64,000 nt of DNA from an uncultured Trueperaceae bacterium (GTDB taxonomy: Bacteria; Deinococcota; Deinococci; Deinococcales; Trueperaceae), in assembly GCA_963815215.1 (NCBI GenBank), contig CAWFFU010000008.1, positions 1 to 64,000 of the forward strand. Reading direction: 5' to 3'. A program made the position numbers and the translations under genes. Positions 8,319 to 18,816 of the stretch are shown here, one piece after another. The notes beneath the pieces are model-generated. The model was given only the letters and a program-made list of their open reading frames with translations. It was not told the DNA's origin and did not search any database. Position 1 is the stretch's first letter. Every line of letters begins with the position of its first letter.

Positions 8319-9176
8319 GATGTGCTCCCCGCGCTCTGCGATCTGGCTCATGGCCTCGATGCCGACCTCGATGTGCCGGTCGGTGAACTCGCGGAACACC
8401 GCCCGAGCGGAGTCGCGGGTCTTGATGCCGCCGCGCTTCATCGGCAGGTCGGACACCAGTAGCAGCGCCCCTATTGGGACCTTGCTGGCGAAGCCCACGG
8501 AGAACAGCGTTGCCGTCTCCATGTCGATGGCCAGTGCTCTCTCGTCGTAGAGCTGCTGCTTGAAGCGCTCGTCGAACTCCCAGAAGCGGTAGTCGGTGCT
8601 GTGCACCACGCCGGTGCGGTAGTCCAGCCCGCGTTCGACGATGATCTGCGAGATGAACTTCTGCACCTTGAACGTCGGCAGGGCGGGCACCTGCGACGGC
8701 ATGAGGTGGCGCGACGCACCTTCGTCGCGGATGGCTGCGGTGGGCAGGATGAAGTCGCCGACCTCGAGCGAGCGGTGCAACCCTCCTGCCATCCCCAGGA
8801 ACAGCGTGGCCTTGGGCTCGGCCGTCGCCAGCACCTCGATGATGAGCGCGGCCACCGGCGAGCCTACCGAGAAGTTGACCAGCGACACGCCCTTGCGGGG
8901 GCTGTGCTTGACCGTCATGGCCGAGCCGCGAGTGGTCTCGGCGTCGTCGCACAGCACCGAGAAGCGCTCCATGTAGTACTCGAAGTTGGTGAGCAGGATC
9001 TGCTTCTGGAACTGCTCCGGCGCCGTCCCGGTGTAGCGCTCGAGCACCTCGCGACCGATGCGCCACTTCTCCGGGTTGTTGTAGATCAGGTTGGGATTGG
9101 CGGTGCGCGGCGAGGCGTCCTCATCCAGGGTCTCCCCTGCCGGGCGCGCGACCGTCATGTCGTCAGGCTGCTCCAT
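8301..9176 (-). CDS. amn: AMP nucleosidase (short PNP/UDP-fold type)
   Basis: LERYTG, ILLTNF, NFSVGSPVAAL, AAIRDEGAS, RFWEFD, AIDMETAT, LLLVSDLP. Confidence 0.88.
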   Translation of the reverse strand: MEQPDDMTVARPAGETLDEDASPRTANPNLIYNNPEKWRIGREVLERYTGTAPEQFQKQILLTNFEYYMERFSVLCDDAETTRGSAMTVKHSPRKGVSLVNFSVGSPVAALIIEVLATAEPKATLFLGMAGGLHRSLEVGDFILPTAAIRDEGASRHLMPSQVPALPTFKVQKFISQIIVERGLDYRTGVVHSTDYRFWEFDERFKQQLYDERALAIDMETATLFSVGFASKVPIGALLLVSDLPMKRGGIKTRDSARAVFREFTDRHIEVGIEAMSQIAERGEHIRHYRW

Positions 9177-9201
9177 AGGTCATGCTAGCGGTTGCGTTCG
9201 G

Positions 9202-10827
9202 TCAGGGCGTCAGGAAGGTCACCAGCGCCGCGTCCAGGCCTTCCGGAGCCGACGGCCCCCCGGTCGGAGCCTTGAGTCCGTCGGCCAGCGCCCGGGCCTC
9301 GTCGAGGTAGCGCGCGAAGTCCTCACTCGGCGCCGCCCTCGATCGCGCGATCGGTCGCCAGCTCGCGCTGTCGAAGCCGCACTCCGGCTCGGTGTCGGCC
9401 TCGTGCGTCCACGCTCCGGTGCTCCAGTCGAATCGGTAGAGCGGGACGAAGCGCCCGCCGTACTCGGCCACGAACGCCAGCGCGTCGAGAAGGAACGCGA
9501 AGGTCGTGTCGTCGATGGCGTAGTGGAAGCTGATGCGGCTCCAGCCCGGCCGCACCGCCTCGAAACCCGCTTCGATGGCGTCGTGGTAGGCGCGCGAGCG
9601 TTCGGCGTCGATGCCCAGCAGATCGTGGCCGTAGGGTCCGGCGCAGGAGCAGCCGGCCCGTCCCTGGATCCCGAAGAGGTCGTTGAGCAGGCGCGTCACG
9701 AAGCGCGGGTGGAGGATCCACGGGCCGCTGCGCACTTCGAACGACACCACCGCCAGCCTCGGGGCGTCGAGGTTGCCGAGCAGATGCACGTTGGGATGGT
9801 CCCGGAAGCGCTCGATCGCCGCGGCGATGAGCTGGCGTTCACGCTTCTCGATGCGCTTCACGCCGACGCGCTGCTTGACCTCGAAAGCCAGGGCCGCCCG
9901 CAGCTTCTGCAGGATGGCGGGCGTGCCCGCGTCCTCGCGGGCCTCGATGTCGTTGAGGAACCAGTGGCCCTGCGGGCTGACGTAGCTGACCGTGCCGCCG
10001 CCGGCGGTCGTCGGCACCGGCTGGTCGTAGAGCATCTGGTCGAACAGCAGCACGCCCGGCGAGCCCGGGCCCCCCAGGAACTTGTGCGGGCTGAGGAACA
10101 GGGCGTCGATGCCATCAAGCTCACCCGGGCGCACGTCGATGTCGACGTAGGGCGCGCTGGCGGCGTAGTCGAAGAAGGCGGCGGCCCCGTGCTCGTGCAA
10201 CAGCGTCGCCACCGCCCGCACGTCGGTGATGATGCCGGTGACGTTGCTGGCCGCGGAGAACGATCCGATCTTGGGACGGCCGTCGAATCTCGGGTCGTCG
10301 AGACCGCGCTTCAGCGCGCCCAGATCGATGCCGCCACGCTCGTCCAGGGGGATGGCGACGACCTCGGCCAGCGACTCGCGCCACGACAGCTCGTTGGAGT
10401 GATGCTCATACGGACCCACGAACACCACCGGCCGCTCCTCGGGCTCGAGCGCCGCCAGCACGCGTTCGCGCAGATTCGACGGCACCGCCAGCCCCAGGAT
10501 CTCCTGCATGCGCTTGACCGCGCCGGTGGTACCGCTGCCGGCGAACACCAGGCGGTAGCGCTCGTCGGCGCCGAGTTGTCGCTTGATGTAGGCGCTCGCC
10601 TCGTGCACCAGGTGGGTGGTGTACGCTCCGGTGGCGCTGTCCTCGGTATGGGTGTTGGCGTAGAGAGGCAGCACGCTGGCGCGCAGCCGCTCCTCCACCG
10701 ACGCCAGTGGGCGACCCGAAGCGATGTGGTCGGCGTAGGTGATCCGCCGCTCGCCGAAGGGCGTGCGCACGCACGCGTCGGCCCCTAGGATGTCGCCACG
10801 AAGTTCGCTCAAGACCGAACGCGACAC
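9202..10827 (-). CDS. Class V PLP aminotransferase / cysteine desulfurase-like
   Basis: TPFGERRITYADHIASGR, PYEHHSNE, SAASNVTG, FDYAA, SPHKFLGGPG, RAGCSCAGPYGH; GGAGG RBS before GTG 10827. Confidence 0.85.
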   Translation of the reverse strand: MSRSVLSELRGDILGADACVRTPFGERRITYADHIASGRPLASVEERLRASVLPLYANTHTEDSATGAYTTHLVHEASAYIKRQLGADERYRLVFAGSGTTGAVKRMQEILGLAVPSNLRERVLAALEPEERPVVFVGPYEHHSNELSWRESLAEVVAIPLDERGGIDLGALKRGLDDPRFDGRPKIGSFSAASNVTGIITDVRAVATLLHEHGAAAFFDYAASAPYVDIDVRPGELDGIDALFLSPHKFLGGPGSPGVLLFDQMLYDQPVPTTAGGGTVSYVSPQGHWFLNDIEAREDAGTPAILQKLRAALAFEVKQRVGVKRIEKRERQLIAAAIERFRDHPNVHLLGNLDAPRLAVVSFEVRSGPWILHPRFVTRLLNDLFGIQGRAGCSCAGPYGHDLLGIDAERSRAYHDAIEAGFEAVRPGWSRISFHYAIDDTTFAFLLDALAFVAEYGGRFVPLYRFDWSTGAWTHEADTEPECGFDSASWRPIARSRAAPSEDFARYLDEARALADGLKAPTGGPSAPEGLDAALVTFLTP

Positions 10828-10927
10828 GGTCGGTGCCTCCTTCCGTCCAGTCGGCGCCGCGAGCGCGGCCCGAGCCGGTGCAACCCCGGCACCCGTCCGC
10901 GCGCCACGGTGCGCATCGCGGCGCTGC

Positions 10928-11368
10928 TCACGCCGCGGCCGTGGAGGTGAGGTACGGGTCCAGTCGCTGCCGCAGAGGCCCTTTCGGCAGCGCACCCACC
11001 ACCTGGTCCACGAGCGCGCCGTCCTTGAACAGCAGCAGCGTGGGGATGCTCTGCACACGGTAGCGGCCCGCCGTAACGGGGTTCTCGTCCACGTTGAGCT
11101 TGACGACCTTGAGTCGCCCCGCCAGCTCGCGCGACAGCTCTTCGAGCACCGGCGCCACCATCCTGCAGGGCCCGCACCAGGGCGCCCACATATCGACCAG
11201 CACCGTCACCGGAGCCTGGATCTCGTGCTCGAAGGTGTCGTCGGCGCCGGTGACCAGCCACGGCAACGACGCTCCGCAGCGCCCGCACGACGGCAGCGTG
11301 CCCGCCGGTGGCGTCTTCAATCGGTTCTTCGCCCCGCACGCGGGGCATGCGACGATGGCGTCGTTCAT
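10928..11368 (-). CDS. trxC: Thioredoxin 2 (zinc-finger thioredoxin)
   Basis: N-terminal CPAC..CGRC plus WAPWCGPC active site. Confidence 0.9.
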   Translation of the reverse strand: MNDAIVACPACGAKNRLKTPPAGTLPSCGRCGASLPWLVTGADDTFEHEIQAPVTVLVDMWAPWCGPCRMVAPVLEELSRELAGRLKVVKLNVDENPVTAGRYRVQSIPTLLLFKDGALVDQVVGALPKGPLRQRLDPYLTSTAAA

Positions 11369-11536
11369 GCCCTCAGTCTAGTGGGCGCGGGCGGTCCTTC
11401 GGGCGGAGTACCTGCGATCGGCGTCTAGGTCCGGAAGTCCGGCGCCGGACCGACCCCTCGCCGTGCCGTCCGCGACGTGCAAGGCTGGGCACGTCATGAT
11501 CAACCCTCCGTCCGTCCATCGCCGGGGCGCCCGCTG

Positions 11537-12292
11537 ATGGCGCGCCCACCACTGAAGATCTCGGTCGATCTGCTCCCCCGCACCGACCTCGCTCCCGATG
11601 AGTTGGCCGGCGACGTGGCCGTCGTCGTCGACGTGCTGCGCATGACGACCACCGCCACCGTGCTGGCCGAGCTGGGGCTGGCGAGCCTCGAGGTCATCGC
11701 CGACGTGGAGCGGGCGCGCGACCGCGCCCGCTCCACCGGGGCGCTGCTGCTCGGCGAGCGTAACGCGCGTCCTCTGCCCGGCTTCGACGGCGGGAACTCC
11801 CCGCTCGAGTTCACGGGCGTCGCGGTGCTCGGGCGCAACGCGGTGCTCTGCACCACCAACGGCTCCACCGCGGTGGCAGCGTGCGCCGGCGCCTCCCACG
11901 TGCTCCTGGGGAGCCTGCGCAACGCCGGCGCCGTGGCCGCGCGGGCGCTGGAGCTGGCGCAAGGGAGCGTCCGGATCGTCTGTGCCGGCACGGCCGGAGC
12001 CGTCTCGCTGGACGATGTGGTGGCTGCCGGGCACATCGTGGCCGCCCTGGTCGAGCGCGCACCCGACGGCGACCTCAGCGACACGGCGCTGCTCGCCCGC
12101 GCGACCGCCGGCAGCGACGACGCCGCCGTGCTGTTGGCCGCTTCCGGCCACGGCCGCACGCTGACGCGCGCCGGCTTCGCCGGCGACCTCGCCGAGGCGG
12201 CGCGCATCGACGTCAGCGATCGTGTGCCGGAGCGCGTCGCGGGCTCCGCCGATCGCTTCGAAGTGCGCCCCGCGGGCGCGGCCGTAGAGTAG
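11537..12292 (+). CDS. comB: 2-phosphosulfolactate phosphatase family protein
   Basis: VVVDVLRMTTT, GERN..GFDGGNSP, TTNGS, LGSLRNAGA, SLDDVVAAG. Confidence 0.85.
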   Translation: MARPPLKISVDLLPRTDLAPDELAGDVAVVVDVLRMTTTATVLAELGLASLEVIADVERARDRARSTGALLLGERNARPLPGFDGGNSPLEFTGVAVLGRNAVLCTTNGSTAVAACAGASHVLLGSLRNAGAVAARALELAQGSVRIVCAGTAGAVSLDDVVAAGHIVAALVERAPDGDLSDTALLARATAGSDDAAVLLAASGHGRTLTRAGFAGDLAEAARIDVSDRVPERVAGSADRFEVRPAGAAVE

Positions 12293-12334
12293 GTCGACCG
12301 CGCCGGGCACGGCCCGGCGCCGAAGGGGGCTGAC

Positions 12335-13018
12335 GTGTACGGACACGAGGAGGTCTCGCGCTGGCCGCGGCGCGCCATGGTGGCCGCGCACGCGCTGATC
12401 ACCCTCCTGGCGGGCTGGTTCCTGGTGGGCTCCGGTACCCCGGCGCTCGGCCGCCTGCTGGGCGTCGCCTGGGTCCCCGGCGACCCGGGCCGGCGCGCGC
12501 TGCTGCTCGCGTTCGCCGTCGTGCTGTTCCTGCGCATGAGCGGCACCGCCCTCGTCCTGCTGCGGCGCCGCTTCCGCTGGAACGAGATGGGCGCGGTCGT
12601 CGGCGGGGTTGCGCTGTATCAGCTCGGCTTCGCGCTGCTCGGCGTCGGGTCCCGCCAGCCGCTGAGCGCCTGGGACGCCGTCGCCGCCCTGCTCTTCCTC
12701 GGCGGCGGAGCCCTGAACACGCTCTCGGAGTGGGCACGGTTGCGCTTCAAGGCCCGCCCGGAGAATCGCGGCAGACTCTACACCCACGGCCCGTTCGCGC
12801 TGGTGCGCCACCCCAACTACCTGGGCGACTGCCTGTGGGGCGTCGGCTGGGCGCTGGCCACGCGCTCACCCTGGTCGATCCTCATCGTCGCCGTCGAGAT
12901 CGCCGGCTTCGTGTTCGTCAACATCCCGCAGCTCTCGGCCTACCTCGAGCAACGCTACGGAGACGCCTACCGCGACTGGGCGGCGAAGACGGCCCGGTTG
13001 GTGCCGTGGCTGTACTGA
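12335..13018 (+). CDS. DUF1295 / steroid 5-alpha-reductase-like membrane protein
   Basis: Multiple TM segments; FKARPENRGRLYTHGPFALVRHPNYLGD motif. Confidence 0.75.
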   Translation: MYGHEEVSRWPRRAMVAAHALITLLAGWFLVGSGTPALGRLLGVAWVPGDPGRRALLLAFAVVLFLRMSGTALVLLRRRFRWNEMGAVVGGVALYQLGFALLGVGSRQPLSAWDAVAALLFLGGGALNTLSEWARLRFKARPENRGRLYTHGPFALVRHPNYLGDCLWGVGWALATRSPWSILIVAVEIAGFVFVNIPQLSAYLEQRYGDAYRDWAAKTARLVPWLY

Positions 13019-13058
13019 GCCGCCGCGCTCGCACGACGTGCGCCAACCCCATGTGCGC

Positions 13059-14462
13059 TCACACCACCAGCGCCCCGTGCGCCGGCTCGAGCGTCGCGCT
13101 GAAGTGCCGCAGCACCGCCGGCGCCTGCGCCAGCCGTACCCCACGGATGCGGTCCTTGCGCTCGTTGACGTAGGCCAGCACCTCGATCAGATAGTCGACG
13201 TGGCTCTGGGTGTAGGTGCGCCGTGGGAACGCCAGCCGCACCAGCTCCATCGGTGCGGGCTTCTCGCTGCCGTCGGGCTGGCGGCCGAACATCACCGAGC
13301 CGATCTCGACCGAGCGCACGCCGCCCTCCAGGTAGAGCACCAGCGACAGCGCCCAGGCCGGGAACTCGCTCTGCGGCACGTGCGGCAGCATGGCGCGGGC
13401 GTCGATGTAGATGGCGTGCCCGCCCGGCGGCTGCACGATCGGCACCCCCATGGCCGTCAGCCTCTCGCCCAGGTACGCGATGCTGCGCAGCCGGTAGCGC
13501 AGGTAGGGCTCCTGCAGCGCCTCGTGGAAGCCGATCGCCAGCGCCTCCAGGTCGTAGCCGGCGAGGCCGCCGTAGGTCGGGAAGCCCTCGCTGAGGATGA
13601 GCAGGTTGCGCGCGGACTCGGCCAGGGTGTCGTCGTTCAGGGCCAGGAAGCCGCCGATGTTGGCCATGCCGTCCTTCTTGGCGCTCATGGTGGCGCCGTC
13701 GGCATGGCTGAACATCTCCTGCGCGATCGCCAGGGGCGTCTTGTCCTGGTAGCCCTCCTCGCGCAGCTTGATGAAGTACGCGTTCTCCGCGAAGCGGCAG
13801 CAGTCGAGGAACAGCGGCACGCCGTGCTCGTGGCAGACGCGGCTGGCCTCGCGCAGGTTGGCCATGCTCACCGGCTGGCCGCCGCCCGAGTTGTTGGTGA
13901 CCGTCACCATCACCAGCGGCACCTTCCCGGGGTTGTCGGCCAGCACCTGCTGTAGTCGTTCGGTGTCGAGATTGCCCTTGAAGGGGTGCAGGTTCTCGGG
14001 CTCGAGCCCCTCCGGGATGGGCAGGTCGAGCGCGGTGGCGCCGGCGTTCTCCACGTTGGCGCGGGTGGTGTCGAAGTGGGTGTTGTTCGGCACGATATCG
14101 CCCGGTTTCAGCGCGACGCCGGCAAGGATGCGCTCGGCCGCACGCCCCTGGTGGGTCGGCAGGATGTGGGCGAAGCCGGTGATCTCCCGCACCGCCGCCT
14201 CGAAGCGGTAGAACGAGCGCCCGCCGGCGTAGCTCTCGTCGCCGCGCATCATGCCCGCCCACTGCTCGCTCGACATGGCGCCGGTGCCGGAGTCGGTGAG
14301 CAGGTCGATGAGGACGTCGTCGGCGCGGAGCTTGAAGAGGTTGTAACCGGCGGCCGCCAAGGCCGTCTCACGCTCGTCGCGCGTGGTGAAGCGGATGGGC
14401 TCGACCGCCTTGATACGGAAGGGCTCGATGATGGTGGTGAAGTGCGGGTCGCGTGTGGGCAT
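13059..14462 (-). CDS. tnaA: Tryptophanase (tryptophan indole-lyase)
   Basis: IDLLTDSGT, HFDTTRAN, MSAKKDG; EIGS and LRHF residues fit tryptophanase rather than tyrosine phenol-lyase (ERG, LRFF); AGGAGG RBS. Confidence 0.85.
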   Translation of the reverse strand: MPTRDPHFTTIIEPFRIKAVEPIRFTTRDERETALAAAGYNLFKLRADDVLIDLLTDSGTGAMSSEQWAGMMRGDESYAGGRSFYRFEAAVREITGFAHILPTHQGRAAERILAGVALKPGDIVPNNTHFDTTRANVENAGATALDLPIPEGLEPENLHPFKGNLDTERLQQVLADNPGKVPLVMVTVTNNSGGGQPVSMANLREASRVCHEHGVPLFLDCCRFAENAYFIKLREEGYQDKTPLAIAQEMFSHADGATMSAKKDGMANIGGFLALNDDTLAESARNLLILSEGFPTYGGLAGYDLEALAIGFHEALQEPYLRYRLRSIAYLGERLTAMGVPIVQPPGGHAIYIDARAMLPHVPQSEFPAWALSLVLYLEGGVRSVEIGSVMFGRQPDGSEKPAPMELVRLAFPRRTYTQSHVDYLIEVLAYVNERKDRIRGVRLAQAPAVLRHFSATLEPAHGALVV

Positions 14463-14527
14463 GCCGCCTCCTGTGTCGACGAGTGTACCGCGGGGTACGG
14501 GGCGGCGCGGACGTGGTACATGGGGGC

Positions 14528-15013
14528 ATGAGCACCCGTCCGCCCCCCGCGTCCGTCCGCCCGGCCACGCCGGCCGACGCGTCCGAGCTGGCCGCGCTGT
14601 TGCGGGCGCTCGACACCTTCCCGCGGCTGGCACGCGAGCCCGGGCCGGCCACGCGCGAGCGCGTCGCCCGCCACCTGAGCGCCTGCCTGCAGGACGACAG
14701 CCACAGCCTGTACGTGGCGCCGGCGGGGAACGCGCGCCTGCTCGGCTACGTCGCCGTCCACTGGCTGCCGTACCTGTTCCTGGCGGGACCGGAAGGGTTC
14801 GTGTCGGAGCTGTTCGTACGCTCCGAGGCGCGCGGCCGGCGCCTCGGCAGCGCCCTGCTCGGCGTCGTCGAGGACGAGGCGCGCTCGCGCGGCTGCGCGC
14901 GCCTGCAGCTCGTCAACTTCCGCGACCGCGAGTCCTATCGCCGCGGCTTCTACGCCAAGGCGGGCTGGGAGGAGCGGCCCGACGGCGCCAGCTTCGTGAA
15001 GGCCATCGCGTGA
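14528..15013 (+). CDS. GNAT-family N-acetyltransferase
   Basis: ELFVRSEARGRRLGSALL (motif A), FYAKAGW. Confidence 0.85.
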   Translation: MSTRPPPASVRPATPADASELAALLRALDTFPRLAREPGPATRERVARHLSACLQDDSHSLYVAPAGNARLLGYVAVHWLPYLFLAGPEGFVSELFVRSEARGRRLGSALLGVVEDEARSRGCARLQLVNFRDRESYRRGFYAKAGWEERPDGASFVKAIA

Positions 15014-15131
15014 GCGGCGTGGGTCCCGCCGCGCGCACGAGCCCACGACCCGGCTCCGACAGCGGCTGGGACACCGTCCGGTCGGCCGCGCCCCGTGTGC
15101 AAGACTACGGTCGAGTGTAGGGAGGCTCCTC

Positions 15132-16541
15132 GTGCGCACAGTGAAGGTCGCCATCCTCGGTGCGGGCACCGCCGGTCTCACCGCCCTCGGGGTGGTCCGC
15201 AAGCACACCGACGACTTCGTCATCGTCAACCACGGGCCCTACGGGACCACCTGCGCCCGCGTCGGCTGCATGCCCTCGAAGGCGCTCATCCAGATCGCCA
15301 ACGACTTCCATCGCCGCCGCACGTTCGGCGCCGTCGGCATCCGCGGGGGCGACGACCTCAGCCTCGACGTGTCCGCCGCGCTGGCGTGGGTCCGCGACTA
15401 CCGCGACGCACGGGTCGGCCCCAATCTCAAGCCGACCGAACGCGTCGGCGATCGCAACGTCCCGGGACGGGCTAGCTTCCTGGCGCCCGACGAGCTGCAG
15501 GTCGTGCGGGCCGACGGCGCCGTGGAGCGCATCCGGGCCGAGGCGGTGGTCGTAGCGACGGGGTCGACACCGGTCGTGCCGGAGCCGTGGCGCGGCTTCG
15601 GCGAGCGCATCCTCACCACCGACAGCCTCTTCGAGCAACGCGAGCTGCCGCGCCGGCTGGCGGTCGCGGGGCTGGGCGCGATCGGCCTGGAGCTCGGCCA
15701 GGCGCTGGCGCGCCTGGGTCTCGATGTCACCGGCTTCGAGCTGCGCGACACCGTCGCCGGCCTCACCGATCCCGAGCTACAGGCCGCGGCCGTGCAGCAC
15801 TTCGCCTCCGAGTTCGCCGTGCATCTCGGGCAGCCGGTGGAGATCGAGGCCGCCGGTGACGCGCTGCGCGTCACCGGCGGCGACCGCGAGGCCACGGTCG
15901 ACGCCGTCCTCGCCGCACTCGGGCGCGCTCCCAACGTGGCCGGCCTAGGGCTCGAGCAGCTCGGCCTGGAGCTCGACCGACACGGCCTGCCCCCCTTCGA
16001 CCCGCACACCATGCAGGTCGCCGACCTACCGATCTACATCGCCGGCGACGTCGACGCCGATCGCGTCGTCATGCACGAGGCCTCGGACGAGGGCTTCATC
16101 GCGGCCTGGAACGCCCTGCACGGGCCGACCCGGTTCCGGCGCAGGACACCGCTGGCGATCGCCTTCACCGATCCGGAGATCGCCATGGTCGGCCTGCCGT
16201 ACACTTCCCTCCCCGAGGGAACGGTGAGCGCGTCCCACGACTTCTCCCGACAGAGCCGGGCCATCGCCATGCGCAACGCCGCGGGCATGCTGAAGGTGTA
16301 CGCCGCGCCGGACAGCGGGCGCCTGCTGGGCGCCGAGCTGATGACGCCCCACGGCGAGCATCTCGCCCACCTGCTGGCCCTAGCCATCGAGCGTGAGCTG
16401 TCCGTCGCTGAAGTCCTGATGATGCCGGTCTACCACCCGGTGCTGGAGGAGGGCCTGCGCTCGGCGCTGCGGAGCCTGGCCCGGAAGGCCTACGGCGAGG
16501 CGCCCCTCGAGTTCCGCCAACTGGACGGCGACGCGGACTGA
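15132..16541 (+). CDS. Dihydrolipoyl dehydrogenase-like pyridine nucleotide-disulfide oxidoreductase
   Basis: GAGTAG, GTTCARVGCMPSK, GLGAIGLE, YHPVLEE. Confidence 0.85.
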   Translation: MRTVKVAILGAGTAGLTALGVVRKHTDDFVIVNHGPYGTTCARVGCMPSKALIQIANDFHRRRTFGAVGIRGGDDLSLDVSAALAWVRDYRDARVGPNLKPTERVGDRNVPGRASFLAPDELQVVRADGAVERIRAEAVVVATGSTPVVPEPWRGFGERILTTDSLFEQRELPRRLAVAGLGAIGLELGQALARLGLDVTGFELRDTVAGLTDPELQAAAVQHFASEFAVHLGQPVEIEAAGDALRVTGGDREATVDAVLAALGRAPNVAGLGLEQLGLELDRHGLPPFDPHTMQVADLPIYIAGDVDADRVVMHEASDEGFIAAWNALHGPTRFRRRTPLAIAFTDPEIAMVGLPYTSLPEGTVSASHDFSRQSRAIAMRNAAGMLKVYAAPDSGRLLGAELMTPHGEHLAHLLALAIERELSVAEVLMMPVYHPVLEEGLRSALRSLARKAYGEAPLEFRQLDGDAD

Positions 16542-16594
16542 CGACCACGCGAACTGAAGGCTCAGTCGCCGGGCCGGCCCAACCCGTGGCGACC

Positions 16595-17749
16595 CTAGCC
16601 CAGGAACGCTGCGATGCGCCTCAGCGCCTCACGAACGTTGTCGAGGCTGGTGGCGTAGCTGAAGCGCACGTGACCCGGCGCCAGGAAGTCGGTCCCCGGC
16701 ACGGTGGCAACCCGCGCCTCCTCCAGCAACCTGAGCGCAGCCTTGCCCTCGTCGGCGTCGATGGGCGTGAGGTCGGCCATGGCATAGAAGGCGCCCTGCG
16801 GCTTGGGCGTGGCCAGCCCCAGTCGGTTGAGGCCCTCGACCAGCACATCGCGCCGCTCGCGGTAGGCCGCACGTGTCATCTCCTGGAAGGCGCGCGTCTT
16901 CTCCACCTCGTTGAGCGCGGCGGTGGCGGCGTACTGCGCCAACGCGTTGGCGCCGCTGGTGACCTGGCTCTGCAGGCGGTTCATGGCCTTGACGAGCTCG
17001 CGGGGCCCCGCACCGAAACCGATACGCCAGCCCGTGAGGGCGTAGCCCTTGCTGGCGCCGTGGATCACCAGCGTCCGCTCCGGCGCGAAGCGTCCCGCCG
17101 GCGTGAAGGCCCCGTCGTAGATGATGTGCTCGTAGAGCTCGTCGCTGAACACCCACAGATCGTGCTCGGCGGCCAGCTCGACGATGTCACGCACGAGCTG
17201 GCTGGGGTACACAGCGCCGGTGGGGTTCGACGGCGAGTTGATCAGCAACACCTTGGTGCGCTCGGTGATGGCCTCGGCGATGGCGTCCAGCGACGGCAGG
17301 AAGCCGTCCTCGGGGCGGGTGGGTACCGGCACCGGGACTCCGCCGGCCAGGGTGATCTGCGGCGGGTAGCTCACCCAGGTGGGCGCCATCAGGACGACCT
17401 CGTCGCCGGGTTCGAGCACCGCCTGGAAGGCGTTGTACAGCACCTGCTTACCGCCCGTGGAGACGATGATCTGGTCGGGTTCGAACGCCAGTCCGTTCTC
17501 CCGCGAGAACTTCTCGCGAACCGCCTGCCGCAGCTCCAGCGTGCCCTCGGACGGCGTGTACTTGGTCAGGCCCAGCCGGATGGCCTCCCGCGCCGCCTCC
17601 ATGACGTGCTCGGGCGGCTGGAAGTCGGGCTCGCCGGCGGTCATCGCGATGACGTCGATGCCCTGCCGGCGCAGGTCCGCCGCCCGCGTGTTGAAGGCGA
17701 TGGTCGAGGACGCCTTGAGCTGCCTGATCCGCTGTGAGAGTCCGGGCAT
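16595..17749 (-). CDS. Aspartate aminotransferase family (class I/II PLP)
   Basis: AGEPDF, NSPSNPTG, SDELY, SKGYALTGWRIG. Confidence 0.9.
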   Translation of the reverse strand: MPGLSQRIRQLKASSTIAFNTRAADLRRQGIDVIAMTAGEPDFQPPEHVMEAAREAIRLGLTKYTPSEGTLELRQAVREKFSRENGLAFEPDQIIVSTGGKQVLYNAFQAVLEPGDEVVLMAPTWVSYPPQITLAGGVPVPVPTRPEDGFLPSLDAIAEAITERTKVLLINSPSNPTGAVYPSQLVRDIVELAAEHDLWVFSDELYEHIIYDGAFTPAGRFAPERTLVIHGASKGYALTGWRIGFGAGPRELVKAMNRLQSQVTSGANALAQYAATAALNEVEKTRAFQEMTRAAYRERRDVLVEGLNRLGLATPKPQGAFYAMADLTPIDADEGKAALRLLEEARVATVPGTDFLAPGHVRFSYATSLDNVREALRRIAAFLG

Positions 17750-17823
17750 GTCTTACCTCGCTCGGCGCCACCTGACCCGGCAGCGGTCGGGCGCCCCTGC
17801 CCGCTGCCCTTCCGCGAGCCCGT

Positions 17824-18246
17824 TCAGGGCAGCAGCTCGCTCCGCTCGAAGAAGATGCCGATCTCGCGCTCCGCCGTCGCGGGCGCGTCGGAACCATGTA
17901 CCACGTTCTCGTCGATGACGAGCGCGTAGTCGCCGCGGAGGGTACCCGGCGCGGCGTCCTTGGGGTTGGTGGCGCCCATCATCTTGCGCCACTCCAGGAT
18001 GGCGTTCTCCCCTTCGATCACCATGGCCACCACCGGGCCGCCGGTGATGAACGACACCAGTCCCTCGTAGAAGGGCTTGCCCGCGTGCTCACCGTAGTGA
18101 CGCTCGGCCAGCTCGCGGGAGATGTGCAGCAGCTTCATGCCGACGATGCGGAAACCCCTCGTCTCGAGGCGCTTCACGACGTCGCCGACCAGCCCACGGC
18201 GGACGCCGTCGGGCTTGACCATCGCAAAGGTACGTTCGATCGACAT
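17824..18246 (-). CDS. ndk: Nucleoside diphosphate kinase
   Basis: [27 protein letters not shown]. Confidence 0.97.
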   Translation of the reverse strand: MSIERTFAMVKPDGVRRGLVGDVVKRLETRGFRIVGMKLLHISRELAERHYGEHAGKPFYEGLVSFITGGPVVAMVIEGENAILEWRKMMGATNPKDAAPGTLRGDYALVIDENVVHGSDAPATAEREIGIFFERSELLP

Positions 18247-18300
18247 GACGGCGTAATCCTATCACGGCCCCTGCAGCGCGCGCCGCGCAGTCGATCTCGA

Positions 18301-18786
18301 CTACGGCGCCAGGATGCTGCCGAGCTGCGCCAGGTGGTTGAGATCGTGGCCCGCCAGGAAGCGCACCATCACGTCGACGCTCTCGAAGCCGCGCTCGGGA
18401 TGGTAGCCCTCGGCGAGCCAGTCGTCCAGCGTGAGCGTCGACAGCAGCGACAGGTTCCAGGCCCGCAGGCCGCGGAAGGCCTCCACTGCCAGAGCCGGGT
18501 CCAGCCGAGCATAGCGCTGCGCCCACAGGTCCTGGTCGAACGCCTGCAGCTCCACCCCGGGCTCGGCCAGCGTCTGGCGGAGGCGGAAACCCACCCCCAG
18601 TTCGACGTCGGCCAGATGAGCGTAGAGATGACGGGCGTCCCACTTGCCGGGGCCGTAGCTGCTCTCGAGGTCGCCCGGCGCCATCGCCTCCAGTAGCGCA
18701 GCCAGGCGCTCCGGGGTGAGCTGCAGCACCTCGATGGGATCGTGCTCACCGAGCGTGTCGAGGATCCGTTGCTGGTAGACGTTCAT
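18301..18786 (-). CDS. DinB-family protein
   Basis: GKW..HLADVE, FDQDLWA, HPERG, AGHDLNH; TAGAGT 7 nt before ATG 18786. Confidence 0.85.
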   Translation of the reverse strand: MNVYQQRILDTLGEHDPIEVLQLTPERLAALLEAMAPGDLESSYGPGKWDARHLYAHLADVELGVGFRLRQTLAEPGVELQAFDQDLWAQRYARLDPALAVEAFRGLRAWNLSLLSTLTLDDWLAEGYHPERGFESVDVMVRFLAGHDLNHLAQLGSILAP

Positions 18787-18816
18787 GCCGCCCACTCTAG
18801 CGTCCCGCGACAGGGC

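Noticed and set aside
11537..12292. comB as evidence for coenzyme M biosynthesis
   Set aside because: ComB-like phosphatases are widespread; no other com genes in the window
13059..14462. Tyrosine phenol-lyase call
   Set aside because: Diagnostic residues (EIGS, LRHF) match tryptophanase
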